Made by a program: the position numbers and the translations under genes
In this document: positions 9,163-18,336 of the stretch, piece after piece
Layout of the letters: each line of letters starts with the position of its first letter
How positions within the stretch are numbered: position 1 is the stretch's first letter
Notes under the pieces: model-generated
Seen by the model: only the letters and a program-made list of their open reading frames with translations
Database searches by the model: none
What the model was told of the DNA's origin: nothing
From: an uncultured Gammaproteobacteria bacterium
Lineage (GTDB): Bacteria > Patescibacteriota > Patescibacteriia > 2-01-FULL-39-33
DNA: 45,321 bases
NCBI GenBank assembly: GCA_964512625.1
Contig: CAZEKG010000005.1
Span: forward strand, 1 to 45,321
Direction of reading: 5' to 3'

Positions 9163-10551
9163 TTATTTTTTATTTATTATTCTTATTAAGGAGGCTTTGA
9201 GCTCCTTTATTTTTTTCTGACTTTTAGCTTCAATATTTAAACGAATCAAGGGTTCATTGTGAGAAGGCCTAATATTAATAAACCACTCTCCTTTTTTATC
9301 CCAAATTGATAAGCCGTCAATAATCGAGAATTTATAACTATTAAATTTATTCCTTATTCCTTTTTCAAGCTTCTTAAAATCATCCGCTTTAAGATTGATC
9401 TCTCCGGAAACCTGATAGTCGGCGCCAATCCTTTTAATCTCTTCTGAAAGTTTTAAATTATTCTTTTTCAAATATTCTCCCAGCATTAAAATAACGATAA
9501 TGGCATCACCGTAAACATAGGGTCGGGATTTTTTCAAAGCAAAATTAAAAATGAAATGGCCAGAATTCTCACAGCCGAACAGCAGTTTTTTCGCCGTCAT
9601 GGTTTTTATGAAATTGGCGTAACCTGAACGATGGACTAAAACCCGCCCGCCATTTTCCTTAATAACCTTAGAAATACCAAGATTAAGCCGAGCATCAACG
9701 GTAATCGTTTTTTTCTTATAACGAGTTAAGAATAATTCCGCCAATAAGCAGTTAATATAATAAGGTTCTATAAATTCTCCCTTTTCGTCAAAAAAAATCG
9801 AGCGATCGGCATCGCCGTCAAAGATAACGCCGAAGTCGAATTGTCCTGATTTTATCAATTGACTCATTTCCGTCTGATTTTCCGGCAAGAGCGGATTAGG
9901 GCCATGACTCGAGGCCATTTTTTGGGGCAAAAAATTAATAGTCTGATATTTAAGAGACAAGGATTTAAAAACCGCAGTGGCTAGCCGGCCGCCGGAGCCG
10001 CTCGAAGCGTCTAAAGCAAGGCTAAGCCCTTTAAGATTTTTTGGATTAATAAAAGAAGCAACCCATTTTTGATATTCTTTAACTATAGAAAATTTTTCTA
10101 TCTTAGAATTGGCTAAGATTTTTTTCGGATCGCTAATCTTCCCGAATTCCTGATCAGCCAGCTTGGCTATTTTCTTCAATCCAGTATTAAGACCAAAAAC
10201 CCGCCCCTTCTCATCGCAAAATTTAAAGCCGGTCTGACCTTCGGGGGAATGGGAAGCGGTAACCATAACGCCACTTGGGATTTTTTTTGCTCCGACAGTA
10301 AAAAAAACTTCCGGCGTCGCGCAAACGCCAAGATCAAAAACTTTCATACCTCCCGTTATCAAGCCTAAAACAAGCGGACCGAAGACTTTAGCGGACTCAG
10401 TTCGAGCGTCGCGTCCGACAACGATTTTTTTCACTCCCGAAACCTTAGCAAAAGCTAAGCCGAGAGCGTAAGCCGTTTTTTCATTTATTTCCTCGGGATA
10501 AGTCCCTCGGATATCGTATTCCTTAAAGATTGATTGGTTGATTTTATCCAT
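9163..10551 (-). CDS. phosphomannomutase/phosphoglucomutase family protein
   Basis: Phosphoserine loop TASHSPEGQTG (a TASHNP variant) and metal loop FDGDADR. 462 aa. Confidence 0.85.
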   Translation of the reverse strand: MDKINQSIFKEYDIRGTYPEEINEKTAYALGLAFAKVSGVKKIVVGRDARTESAKVFGPLVLGLITGGMKVFDLGVCATPEVFFTVGAKKIPSGVMVTASHSPEGQTGFKFCDEKGRVFGLNTGLKKIAKLADQEFGKISDPKKILANSKIEKFSIVKEYQKWVASFINPKNLKGLSLALDASSGSGGRLATAVFKSLSLKYQTINFLPQKMASSHGPNPLLPENQTEMSQLIKSGQFDFGVIFDGDADRSIFFDEKGEFIEPYYINCLLAELFLTRYKKKTITVDARLNLGISKVIKENGGRVLVHRSGYANFIKTMTAKKLLFGCENSGHFIFNFALKKSRPYVYGDAIIVILMLGEYLKKNNLKLSEEIKRIGADYQVSGEINLKADDFKKLEKGIRNKFNSYKFSIIDGLSIWDKKGEWFINIRPSHNEPLIRLNIEAKSQKKIKELKASLIRIINKK

Positions 10552-10650
10552 AATGTTTCAAATGTAGTCTATTCGTATTTTAACATAAAAAGAAGCCCTG
10601 TGTCATTTGGGCTCAATGATTTTTGTATTTGTATTAATATTTACGAGCAT

Positions 10651-10702
10651 TAAAAAATCCCTCGTCTTCCAGGCGCCCAAGCGTCAAGAAATCCAAGGGA
10701 TT
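10651..10702 (-). terminator. hairpin plus U-run downstream of the 10723-11361 gene
   Basis: On the minus strand, AATCCCT...AGGGATT is followed by TTTTTTAATG. The 33-nt loop is long. Confidence 0.45.
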
Positions 10703-10722
10703 AGAAAAAAAAGTAAATGGGT

Positions 10723-11361
10723 TTAAGTCGTCAACTGCGGAACAACGACGTGACAGCAACCCCCAGCAAACCAGACACGGTCACTCCCGAAGCGACTAAC
10801 ACGGGCATCGAGCCTGCGATCAATATAGGGGCTCACAACAACAACAAAGAACTGCCCATGTGACTTATATAAGAATAAAGTCACATAACCGTCCGTTAGG
10901 AGCCAGTCTCGATACTTCCTTGCGAAGCCTCTTATCTGGGCTGGCGTAAGACAGAGCCTATTCAAATCGGGAGATAATGAGCCGAACATCTGAGGAAAAG
11001 TTCCATCCCTCTCCAACTCAAAAACTTCAGCTTTAGTGGCCGGTGTAGACTTGCCGGGTTCGTCCGCGCCCCAATTACGGAAATAGGGGTCAATACCTCC
11101 GTCGAAGACATCACGAGCATCGACTAATGTTTCCGTCCCATCAGTCGCGTCAATTTCATAATCGCCTGAGATTAAGCGGAGGTAGACCTGCTTAGCGACG
11201 CCAGTCCAACATGGCTGTTTCTTGAGAAAATTCTTAAGCTCCCTCAGCCAATCCTGGCCGGAATTGCCGGAAAGCTTTTCCAACAAGTCATGGATAACTC
11301 CCAGCATTTCCAGCGGTAAAGCCGCTAAAAGCCGAATTATCGAGCCGATCATGTCTTTCAT
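10723..11361 (-). CDS. hypothetical protein (212 aa), GC-elevated orphan
   Basis: ORF at ~58% GC on two sampled lines. GAGAGGAA lies upstream of ATG 11361 (MKDMIGS...). The ORF track extends it to 11457. The C-terminal ...VWFAGGCCHVVVPQL resembles an uncharacterised family I recall only vaguely. Confidence 0.5.
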   Translation of the reverse strand: MKDMIGSIIRLLAALPLEMLGVIHDLLEKLSGNSGQDWLRELKNFLKKQPCWTGVAKQVYLRLISGDYEIDATDGTETLVDARDVFDGGIDPYFRNWGADEPGKSTPATKAEVFELERDGTFPQMFGSLSPDLNRLCLTPAQIRGFARKYRDWLLTDGYVTLFLYKSHGQFFVVVVSPYIDRRLDARVSRFGSDRVWFAGGCCHVVVPQLTT

Positions 11362-11468
11362 GGTCAGTTCCTCTCTCTCTTTTGTCGACCGAGAATTTCC
11401 AGTTACATACTGAGATTCCGGGTCAACCTTTCTTAGGTACTGCCTAATACATATCATATTTAATCTAT

Positions 11469-12209
11469 TTAGTCAATCCCCTTCCTCCCAACAACCAGTG
11501 AATTACCACCCTTAAGAATCCCGACTCTCTTGCCTTTATATTCATACTGAAGCAACTCGATCTTAAAACCGGCTTTAACCATCAACTTCCTAATCTCCGA
11601 CAACTTAAAAGAATGGACATACCTCGGCGCTTCGGCGAGTCCTTTAGTTTTCTTCCAAGGCATGAAAGCGTCACTAAGTCCGTAAACTCCCTTCTTTATT
11701 TTCAAACGATAATTTAAAAGCTGTTTCCAATATTTATAATTATCCGTCATTTGCCAAAGATTCCAATTAGACATGATAACTCGCCCGCCCGGCTTCAGGG
11801 AAGCATAAGCCTGGCGGATAACTCTCTCCCTTAACTCCTTTGAAGGAATATGATGTAAAGAAGCGAATAATAATATCAGGTCGTATTTATTATTTTCTAA
11901 ATTGAGATCGCTTAAATCCCCGAATTCGAACTTGAAATTAGGCTTCGCCTCAAATCTTTCTCGAGCGATCTTAAGAAGCTCTTCGCTATTATCCAAGCCG
12001 AGATAATCGACTTTAAGCTCCTTAAAAATTCCGGCCATGCGGCCATTACCACAACCGAGATCCAAGATCTTATCGCCGTCCTTAGCGTATTTTACAAAGT
12101 CGCCATACCCCTGCCACCAAATACTGCGCGTATCCGAAAAATCAGGCGCGATCGCGTTGTAAATTTCTTTAGTTTCCTGTAAGATTTGGGTAGTTATCTT
12201 CTGATCCAT
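11469..12209 (-). CDS. class I SAM-dependent methyltransferase
   Basis: Motif I ILDLGCGNGR, with motif post-I/II spacing typical of the Methyltransf_11/25 type. 246 aa. Confidence 0.8.
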   Translation of the reverse strand: MDQKITTQILQETKEIYNAIAPDFSDTRSIWWQGYGDFVKYAKDGDKILDLGCGNGRMAGIFKELKVDYLGLDNSEELLKIARERFEAKPNFKFEFGDLSDLNLENNKYDLILLFASLHHIPSKELRERVIRQAYASLKPGGRVIMSNWNLWQMTDNYKYWKQLLNYRLKIKKGVYGLSDAFMPWKKTKGLAEAPRYVHSFKLSEIRKLMVKAGFKIELLQYEYKGKRVGILKGGNSLVVGRKGID

Positions 12210-12212
12210 ATT

Positions 12213-13793
12213 ATGCCTAAATTAGATTTGAACGAAATTATTAAGGTTATAGTCAAAGCCAAACCCTCTTCCGAAAAAGAGCTTTTTAATCTTGTGCGAC
12301 AAGAGGCCGGCAAGTTTAAAATGGGTTCGCCGGAGAAATCAGCTTTGCTTTCAGCATATCATAAACTGATTAAAAAACAACCGAAGCTTAAGTCCTTGGA
12401 ATTGGAAAAATTCCTGACTAAGCGTGCCGTCAGGACACTCTCCGGCGTCGCTGTCATTTCCGTCTTAACCAAGCCCTATCCTTGCCCCGGGAAATGCCTT
12501 TACTGCCCGAGCGAAAAAGATATGCCGAAAAGTTACCTCTCGAATGAGCCGGCCGTCATGCGCGCTATCCTAAACGATTTCGATCCTTATCGCCAAATAA
12601 CCATGCGCCTTAAAGCCTTAAAAGCTAACGGCCACTCGACGGAAAAAATCGAGTTGATTATTATGGGCGGCACTTGGTCATACTTGGAAAAGAAATACCA
12701 AGCCTGGTTTATTAAAAGATGTTTCGAAGCCTTAAACGGCAAAAAAGCCAAAAGCCTTAATGAAGCACAAAAGCAAAACGAAAAAGCCAAGCATCGTTGC
12801 ATTGGATTAACTTTAGAAACCCGGCCTGATTATATAAATGAAGAAGAAATAAAAAGAATGCGAAGCTTCGGCTGTACGCGAGTCGAGTTAGGCATCCAAC
12901 ATATCGATGATAAGATCTTGAAGCTAAATAAAAGGGGTCATGATAACGCCAGTAGCCTACGCGCCATTAGAATGCTTAAAGATTCAGGCTTTAAGATCAA
13001 TCTTCATCTAATGACCGGCCTGCCGGGCTCAACGCCGGCTAAGGATTTAAAGATGTTTAAGGAGCTATATACCTCGGGGGGGTATATGCCGGATATGATC
13101 AAGATATATCCCTGCGTCGTAACTAAAAATTCCGAGCTCTATAATTGGTATAAAAAGAAAAAATATAAACCCTATTCCGATAAGCAACTTTTAAAACTTT
13201 TAATCGACATAAAAAAAATCACGCCGCCTTGGGTTAGAATTACCAGACTGATCCGGGACATTCCCGAAGAAAGCATTGTCGCTGGCAACAAAATAACCAA
13301 TCTAAGGCAGATGATTCAGCAGGCCTCGATCAAAGAGGGTTGGAAATGCAAATGCATTAGATGCCGGGAAGCGGGACATCAAGAGATAAACGCCAAATCA
13401 CAAAATACAAAGACCAAACTAAAAATAATTAAATATCCAGCGTCGGAAGGAATAGAGTATTTCTTAAGTTTTGAATCAAGCGACGAGAATATCTTATACG
13501 CCTTTTTAAGACTGAGGATAAATAAAAAACCGGAGAAGAACTTCTTACTGGAACTGCGGGAAGCGGCGCTAATAAGAGAACTCCATACCTACGGCCAAGT
13601 AACCGCCATTGGTGCTAAAGGTGAAGTCCAACATCTCGGCTTCGGCCGTCAACTGCTTAGGGAAGCGGAAAAAATCGCTTTAAAAGCTGGATTGAAACAA
13701 ATAGCCGTCATTTCCGGTATTGGCGTTAGGGAGTATTATAAGAAAAACGGCTACGAGCTTAAAGGAAGCTATATGGTCAAGAAATTAAAATAA
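12213..13793 (+). CDS. Elp3-family radical SAM / GNAT acetyltransferase
   Basis: Radical-SAM cluster region CPGKCLYCP, an Elp3-like central region, and a C-terminal GNAT (QHLGFGRQLLREAEKIA). ATG at 12213 is preferred over the TTG at 12186 used by the ORF track. Confidence 0.75.
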   Translation: MPKLDLNEIIKVIVKAKPSSEKELFNLVRQEAGKFKMGSPEKSALLSAYHKLIKKQPKLKSLELEKFLTKRAVRTLSGVAVISVLTKPYPCPGKCLYCPSEKDMPKSYLSNEPAVMRAILNDFDPYRQITMRLKALKANGHSTEKIELIIMGGTWSYLEKKYQAWFIKRCFEALNGKKAKSLNEAQKQNEKAKHRCIGLTLETRPDYINEEEIKRMRSFGCTRVELGIQHIDDKILKLNKRGHDNASSLRAIRMLKDSGFKINLHLMTGLPGSTPAKDLKMFKELYTSGGYMPDMIKIYPCVVTKNSELYNWYKKKKYKPYSDKQLLKLLIDIKKITPPWVRITRLIRDIPEESIVAGNKITNLRQMIQQASIKEGWKCKCIRCREAGHQEINAKSQNTKTKLKIIKYPASEGIEYFLSFESSDENILYAFLRLRINKKPEKNFLLELREAALIRELHTYGQVTAIGAKGEVQHLGFGRQLLREAEKIALKAGLKQIAVISGIGVREYYKKNGYELKGSYMVKKLK

Positions 13794-13831
13794 TTTTCCA
13801 ATTTAGTTTTTTAAATTTTAATTTATAATTT

Positions 13832-14296
13832 ATGTCTGACATCAATAAAACAATCCCGGGAGAAATCGGGGTCTTTAATGCTATGATCGCTTCGGGACCG
13901 GTCATTATCCAAGAACGCGAAGGAATTGAAAAAACCCTTCTCGTTAAGCATGGCGACAAACCGCTAGAACAGCTAAAGTGGAAATTTTGCGGCGGTAAAA
14001 TATTAAAAGACATGGGACTGGAAGAAAACGCCATTAGAGAGGCTGGAGAAGAAATCGGCGTCGAAGTAAAACTCACTAAGCCGCTAAAACCGATGATCGT
14101 TTGGCAGGAAATTCCCGAAACTGGCACTCAAAAACCGGAAGCCATCGTCCTTATCCATTACCTAGCAACTATTAGCGAAGAACCTAAAAAAGGCGAACAA
14201 GTACTAGCTATGGATTGGTTCGATATCAATAACTTGCCGGAAGATTGCGCTCCCAATATCAGACCGATTATCGAAGAATACCTATCAATAAAATGA
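13832..14296 (+). CDS. Nudix hydrolase
   Basis: Nudix box GGKILKDMGLEENAIREAGEEIGVEV (GX5EX7REUXEEXGU). Confidence 0.8.
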   Translation: MSDINKTIPGEIGVFNAMIASGPVIIQEREGIEKTLLVKHGDKPLEQLKWKFCGGKILKDMGLEENAIREAGEEIGVEVKLTKPLKPMIVWQEIPETGTQKPEAIVLIHYLATISEEPKKGEQVLAMDWFDINNLPEDCAPNIRPIIEEYLSIK

Positions 14297-14306
14297 ATTT
14301 AAATAA

Positions 14307-14330
14307 GCGGCAGGATCTCCTGCCGCTTTT
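14307..14330. terminator. intrinsic terminator after the Nudix gene
   Basis: GCGGCAGG-ATCT-CCTGCCGC followed by TTTT. Confidence 0.7.
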
Positions 14331-14722
14331 AGTTTCCGGTTTTAGGCCGGCAAAATTCCTTCCACCAAAGGTTATACTTATTCAAATCAGGCTCTGACAG
14401 CAACGATTTGAAATAAGCTATCCCGGCGCTGGAATAATGCCTTATGACCGATTCAAAAAGATGACTCCGCCTCATTTTTTTCTCTTGGACTGATAATAAT
14501 GCCACACAACGTTTGAGACAAACAAACCACCTCCTCCCAGTCTTCACTGTTATTTTCGATGTCTAAACCTATAGTCCGTCTCTGCCTCCATCTCATTAAT
14601 CCTGAAAAACCGCCGAAGATTCCCGAAAAAATCTTCCAGTAGGCCTCGAATAAAAGAACGACGTCTTCTTCGTATTTTCGCACGCGTTGACATGACTCAC
14701 CTCCCGCTGAGCTCATCAGCAA
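14329..14722 (-). pseudogene. frameshifted or uncertain small gene (two overlapping frames joined by an A7 run)
   Basis: The 89-aa frame (14453-14722) and the 72-aa frame (14329-14547) would fuse into ~130 aa with a 1-nt change in the A7 run (plus-strand T7 at 14475-14481). A third frame (14550-14693) is a 47-codon Arg-rich ORF with GGGAGG 6 nt upstream of its ATG. Confidence 0.3.
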
Positions 14723-14736
14723 TACTACCCCGTATC

Positions 14737-15435
14737 TTAAACAAACTGACTAATAAAATAAATCGTGGCCGTCTCCGCCCTTAAAATCCTTAAGCCAAGG
14801 CTGACCGGTAAAATCCCTGAACGGCTCGCCAAAGAAACTTCCGCATCCTCATATCCGCCTTCCGGACCGACGAAAAGATGGACTTCTTCGGCGTTAATAT
14901 TGGGCGTATTTTTCATTTCTTTTTCAAAAGCGATATATTTATGGCCCGCTGACTCCTCCGCTAACTTAACTGCTTCGGGAAAGCCGATAGCCGGCGCCAA
15001 CTCCATCAACTTCGAACCGCCGCATTGCTCCGTCGCCTCCTTAATTATTTCCGAATATCTTTTCTGCTTAGCGGGCGTAATACCTCGAACGATTGAGCGC
15101 GCCGAAATAACCGGAATGAATAATGAAACTCCCAGCTCTGTCGCTTTTTGAACTAATAAATCCATTTTTTCGCCCTTAAGTAAGGATTGATAAAGGACGA
15201 TCTTATTCTTCAATTCACGACGACCAAGATGGCGATCAATTATTAGGAACCGCGCCTCTTCTTTTTTAAGATCAATCAGCTGAGAAACATACTCAAACCC
15301 GGATCCTTCAAAAACAATAAAACGCTCCCCTTCCTTGGCGCGCAAAACCTTAATTAACTGATTGATTATAACTTTATCCCGGCAAACGACATAATCGCCG
15401 TGAAAGGCGGCCTTCTCAATATAGAAACGGTGCAT
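14737..15435 (-). CDS. rsmE: 16S rRNA (uracil1498-N3)-methyltransferase
   Basis: Starts MHRFYI. C-terminal VGPEGGYEDAEV motif typical of RsmE. 232 aa. Confidence 0.8.
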   Translation of the reverse strand: MHRFYIEKAAFHGDYVVCRDKVIINQLIKVLRAKEGERFIVFEGSGFEYVSQLIDLKKEEARFLIIDRHLGRRELKNKIVLYQSLLKGEKMDLLVQKATELGVSLFIPVISARSIVRGITPAKQKRYSEIIKEATEQCGGSKLMELAPAIGFPEAVKLAEESAGHKYIAFEKEMKNTPNINAEEVHLFVGPEGGYEDAEVSLASRSGILPVSLGLRILRAETATIYFISQFV

Positions 15436-15502
15436 AAATTGAAATATATTGCCTATTTTGATAGAATTATTATAACATTTAAGAGCCTAAAAACACAAAG
15501 CC

Positions 15503-16735
15503 ATGTCTATCAAGACCATCCAAGATCTAATCAAAAAAGAAGTCTTAAGACAAAAGACTTCATTAGTCATGATCGCTTCGGAAAACTTCGCCTCTCCGGC
15601 TGTCCTCTCGGCCATGGGCTCGCCACTCTCTAATAAATACTCCGAAGGTTATCCTTATAAGCGCTATTATACCGGCAATCAATACATCGACGAAATAGAA
15701 GATGAATGCCGAGTCCTAGCCTTAAAAATGTTCGGCCTGAAAAACGATGATTACCAAGCTAACGTCCAGCCTCACAGCGGCTCCTCCGCCAATTTAGCCG
15801 TCTATCTCGGCCTGCTTACTCCGGGAGATAAAATCCTCGGCATGGATCTCGCTCATGGCGGCCATTTGACTCACGGCTCGCCAGTTAACTTTTCCGGCAA
15901 GCTTTTTAATTTCATCCATTACGGCGTCGACGAAAAAACCCATTTACTTGATTACGATAAAATAGAAAAAATCGCCTTAAAGGAAAAGCCGAGAATGATC
16001 GTTTGCGGCGCAACCGCTTATTCAAGAACGATTGATTTTAAAAAATTCCGAGCTATCACCGATAAAGTCGGAGCCTTGCTCCTGGCTGACATTTCCCATA
16101 TCGCCGGCTTAGTCATCGCCAAGGTCCATCCTTCCCCTTTTCCTTACGCCGATATCGTAACAACAACAACTCATAAAACTTTATCCGGACCACGCAGCGC
16201 CATCATTATTTCTAAGAAAGACCTAGCTTTAAAAATCGATAAGGCGGTTTTCCCGGGCATGCAAGGCGGACCGTTAGAGAACAGCATCGCCGCTAAGTCC
16301 AGCTGCTGCAGCGAATCATTAGAAAAAAAATTCAAAGATCAGCAATCTCAAGCCGTAAAAAATGCTAAATTTTTAGCCGAAATATTGAAGAAGAACGGCC
16401 TGAACTTAATTACCGGCGGAACGGACAATCATCTCCTTTTAATCGATTGTCGTAACTTAAAAATAACCGGTAAAGAAGCGGCCAACCTGCTTGCCGAAGC
16501 CAACATCTATACCAATGCCAATATGATTCCGTATGATCCGGCTACGCCGATGAACCCTTCCGGCCTAAGACTGGGTACTCCCGCTTTAAGCACTCGCGGT
16601 TTTAAAGAAAAAGAAATGGCTTTGGTCGGCCTTTGGATTTCTGAGATCTTAAAAAATCCGACTAACGAGCAATTAAGAAAAAGAATAAAAGCGGAAGTCG
16701 TAAGCCTAACAAAAAAATTTCCTATCTATAAATAA
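15503..16735 (+). CDS. glyA: serine hydroxymethyltransferase
   Basis: Strong SHMT pattern: ASENF, the SNKYSEGYPYKRYY region, and PLP-lysine region TTTTHKTLSGPR. Confidence 0.9.
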   Translation: MSIKTIQDLIKKEVLRQKTSLVMIASENFASPAVLSAMGSPLSNKYSEGYPYKRYYTGNQYIDEIEDECRVLALKMFGLKNDDYQANVQPHSGSSANLAVYLGLLTPGDKILGMDLAHGGHLTHGSPVNFSGKLFNFIHYGVDEKTHLLDYDKIEKIALKEKPRMIVCGATAYSRTIDFKKFRAITDKVGALLLADISHIAGLVIAKVHPSPFPYADIVTTTTHKTLSGPRSAIIISKKDLALKIDKAVFPGMQGGPLENSIAAKSSCCSESLEKKFKDQQSQAVKNAKFLAEILKKNGLNLITGGTDNHLLLIDCRNLKITGKEAANLLAEANIYTNANMIPYDPATPMNPSGLRLGTPALSTRGFKEKEMALVGLWISEILKNPTNEQLRKRIKAEVVSLTKKFPIYK

Positions 16736-16750
16736 AAAGTCGTAAGAAAA

Positions 16751-17575
16751 ATGAAAGAGAAAAAAATGGCCGAAATCCTGGACGGGAAATTATTGGCTGA
16801 AAAAATCAAGATAGAATTAAGAAGCAAGATACTATTGAAAACTAAAAAACCCGGCTTAGCGGCTATTTTGGTCGGCGACAATCCCGCTTCCGATCTTTAT
16901 GTAAAACTGAAAGAAAAATTCGCTAATGAAGTTGGGATCCAATTCCATAAATACCTTTGCAACGAAAAATGCTACCCGGATATTCCCGAATCAGGGCTGA
17001 TTGAATTAGTCGAATTCTTAAATAAAGATAAGGAGATAGACGGCATCCTTTTACAACTCCCCTTGCCGGAAAAATACGATACCCAAAAAATCATCAACAC
17101 TATTAATCCGGAAAAAGACGCTGACGGCTTCCATCCGAAGAATAAAACCGGCTTGGTTCCGCCGCCGATTGCCGCCGTTATCGAATTACTGAAAGAAACG
17201 GGCGAAAAATTAACCGCTAAAAATCTTCTAATCATCGGGAAAAGCGATATCTTCACCCTCGGCTTGGAAAAATATTTGAAAAAAGAATTGAAGATTAAAA
17301 AAATAGCTTCCGAAAAAGCCATTCCCAAAAACAGCGCCGAATACGATATTATTATCATCGGGCTCGGCCAAGCCCATATCTTAAAAAAGAAACATGTTAA
17401 GTCAGGAGCGATTATAATCGATATCGGCATCAACAAACTCGAAGGAAAAACCGTTGGTGATGTTGATCCGAAAGTCAGCGAGATCGCCGAATACCTTTCT
17501 CCAGTTCCCGGCGGCGTCGGCCCTTTAACCGTCGCCTGCTTAATGAGAAATGTTTATGAGCTAAGTAAAGAATAA
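16751..17575 (+). CDS. folD: bifunctional methylenetetrahydrofolate dehydrogenase/cyclohydrolase
   Basis: ILDGK start region, YVKLKEK, LQLPLP and PVPGGVGPLT motifs. The start may instead be ATG 16766. Confidence 0.88.
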   Translation: MKEKKMAEILDGKLLAEKIKIELRSKILLKTKKPGLAAILVGDNPASDLYVKLKEKFANEVGIQFHKYLCNEKCYPDIPESGLIELVEFLNKDKEIDGILLQLPLPEKYDTQKIINTINPEKDADGFHPKNKTGLVPPPIAAVIELLKETGEKLTAKNLLIIGKSDIFTLGLEKYLKKELKIKKIASEKAIPKNSAEYDIIIIGLGQAHILKKKHVKSGAIIIDIGINKLEGKTVGDVDPKVSEIAEYLSPVPGGVGPLTVACLMRNVYELSKE

Positions 17576-18124
17576 TTACTCTTTTTTAGCTAAAAGTTTC
17601 TCCATCAACTCGAAAAAAACTTTAGTATTAATTTCAACGTCTGCCATTGCCCGGTGGGCGTTTTTATTTTCAAACCCGAAATGTGCTCCAACTGTCGTTA
17701 AGTTATAAGCCGGCAGCGAAAGCAACTTGCGCGACAATTCGAGAGTATCAATCAGCTTATTATCAAGAAGAGGCAAAGACCTTTTTTGGAAATGGCCAAG
17801 AACGAACAGCCAATCAAACTCCCGAATATTGTGGCCGGAGATAATAGTATTGCCGATAAAATCCTTGAACTCGTCTAAGACCTCGCTACTCGGCCGGCCG
17901 TTAACCAATAAGAAAAACTCGTTCAAGCCATGGATTTTTTCCACCTCAGGCGGAATAGGGCGAGTCGGCTGGATCAAGGCTTCAAAGCGACCGATTATTT
18001 CCTTACCCTTGACCTTTAAGCCGGCGATTTCCAAGATCTCATCCTTAGACGGATTGAGGCCGGAAGTCTCAATATCAAAAATCGTGAATTCCGTCTCAAG
18101 ATATTTTTGGTATTTTTCATTCAT
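17576..18124 (-). CDS. DEDDh 3'-5' exonuclease (DNA polymerase III epsilon-like)
   Basis: Exo motifs FDIETSGL, HNIREFD and HRAMADV. Start set at ATG 18124 (MNEKYQ...). The stop abuts the folD stop. Confidence 0.75.
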   Translation of the reverse strand: MNEKYQKYLETEFTIFDIETSGLNPSKDEILEIAGLKVKGKEIIGRFEALIQPTRPIPPEVEKIHGLNEFFLLVNGRPSSEVLDEFKDFIGNTIISGHNIREFDWLFVLGHFQKRSLPLLDNKLIDTLELSRKLLSLPAYNLTTVGAHFGFENKNAHRAMADVEINTKVFFELMEKLLAKKE

Positions 18125-18336
18125 GCTTAATATCTTAATGGATAAGAGCCAATTTGACAACCCTAAGCGACCAATGACGGCCGAAATTAAACCCTTGAAC
18201 AATCTTGATTTTTATGTTATTATGAGATATGCGTTAAATAATAAAAATAATAAAATCCGAATAACAAATCTCAAAAAATACTAATCTACTTTTTAGAAAT
18301 TGGGGTTTAGAACTTAGGATTTAATCTTTGATTCAT

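Noticed and set aside
13777-18284. Shadow ORFs inside host genes: 13777-14127(-), 14765-15151(+), 16972-17436(-), 17647-17844(+), 17727-18284(+)
   Set aside because: Each is antisense to, or out of frame with, a gene carrying clear family motifs (Nudix, RsmE, FolD, exonuclease). None shows motifs of its own.
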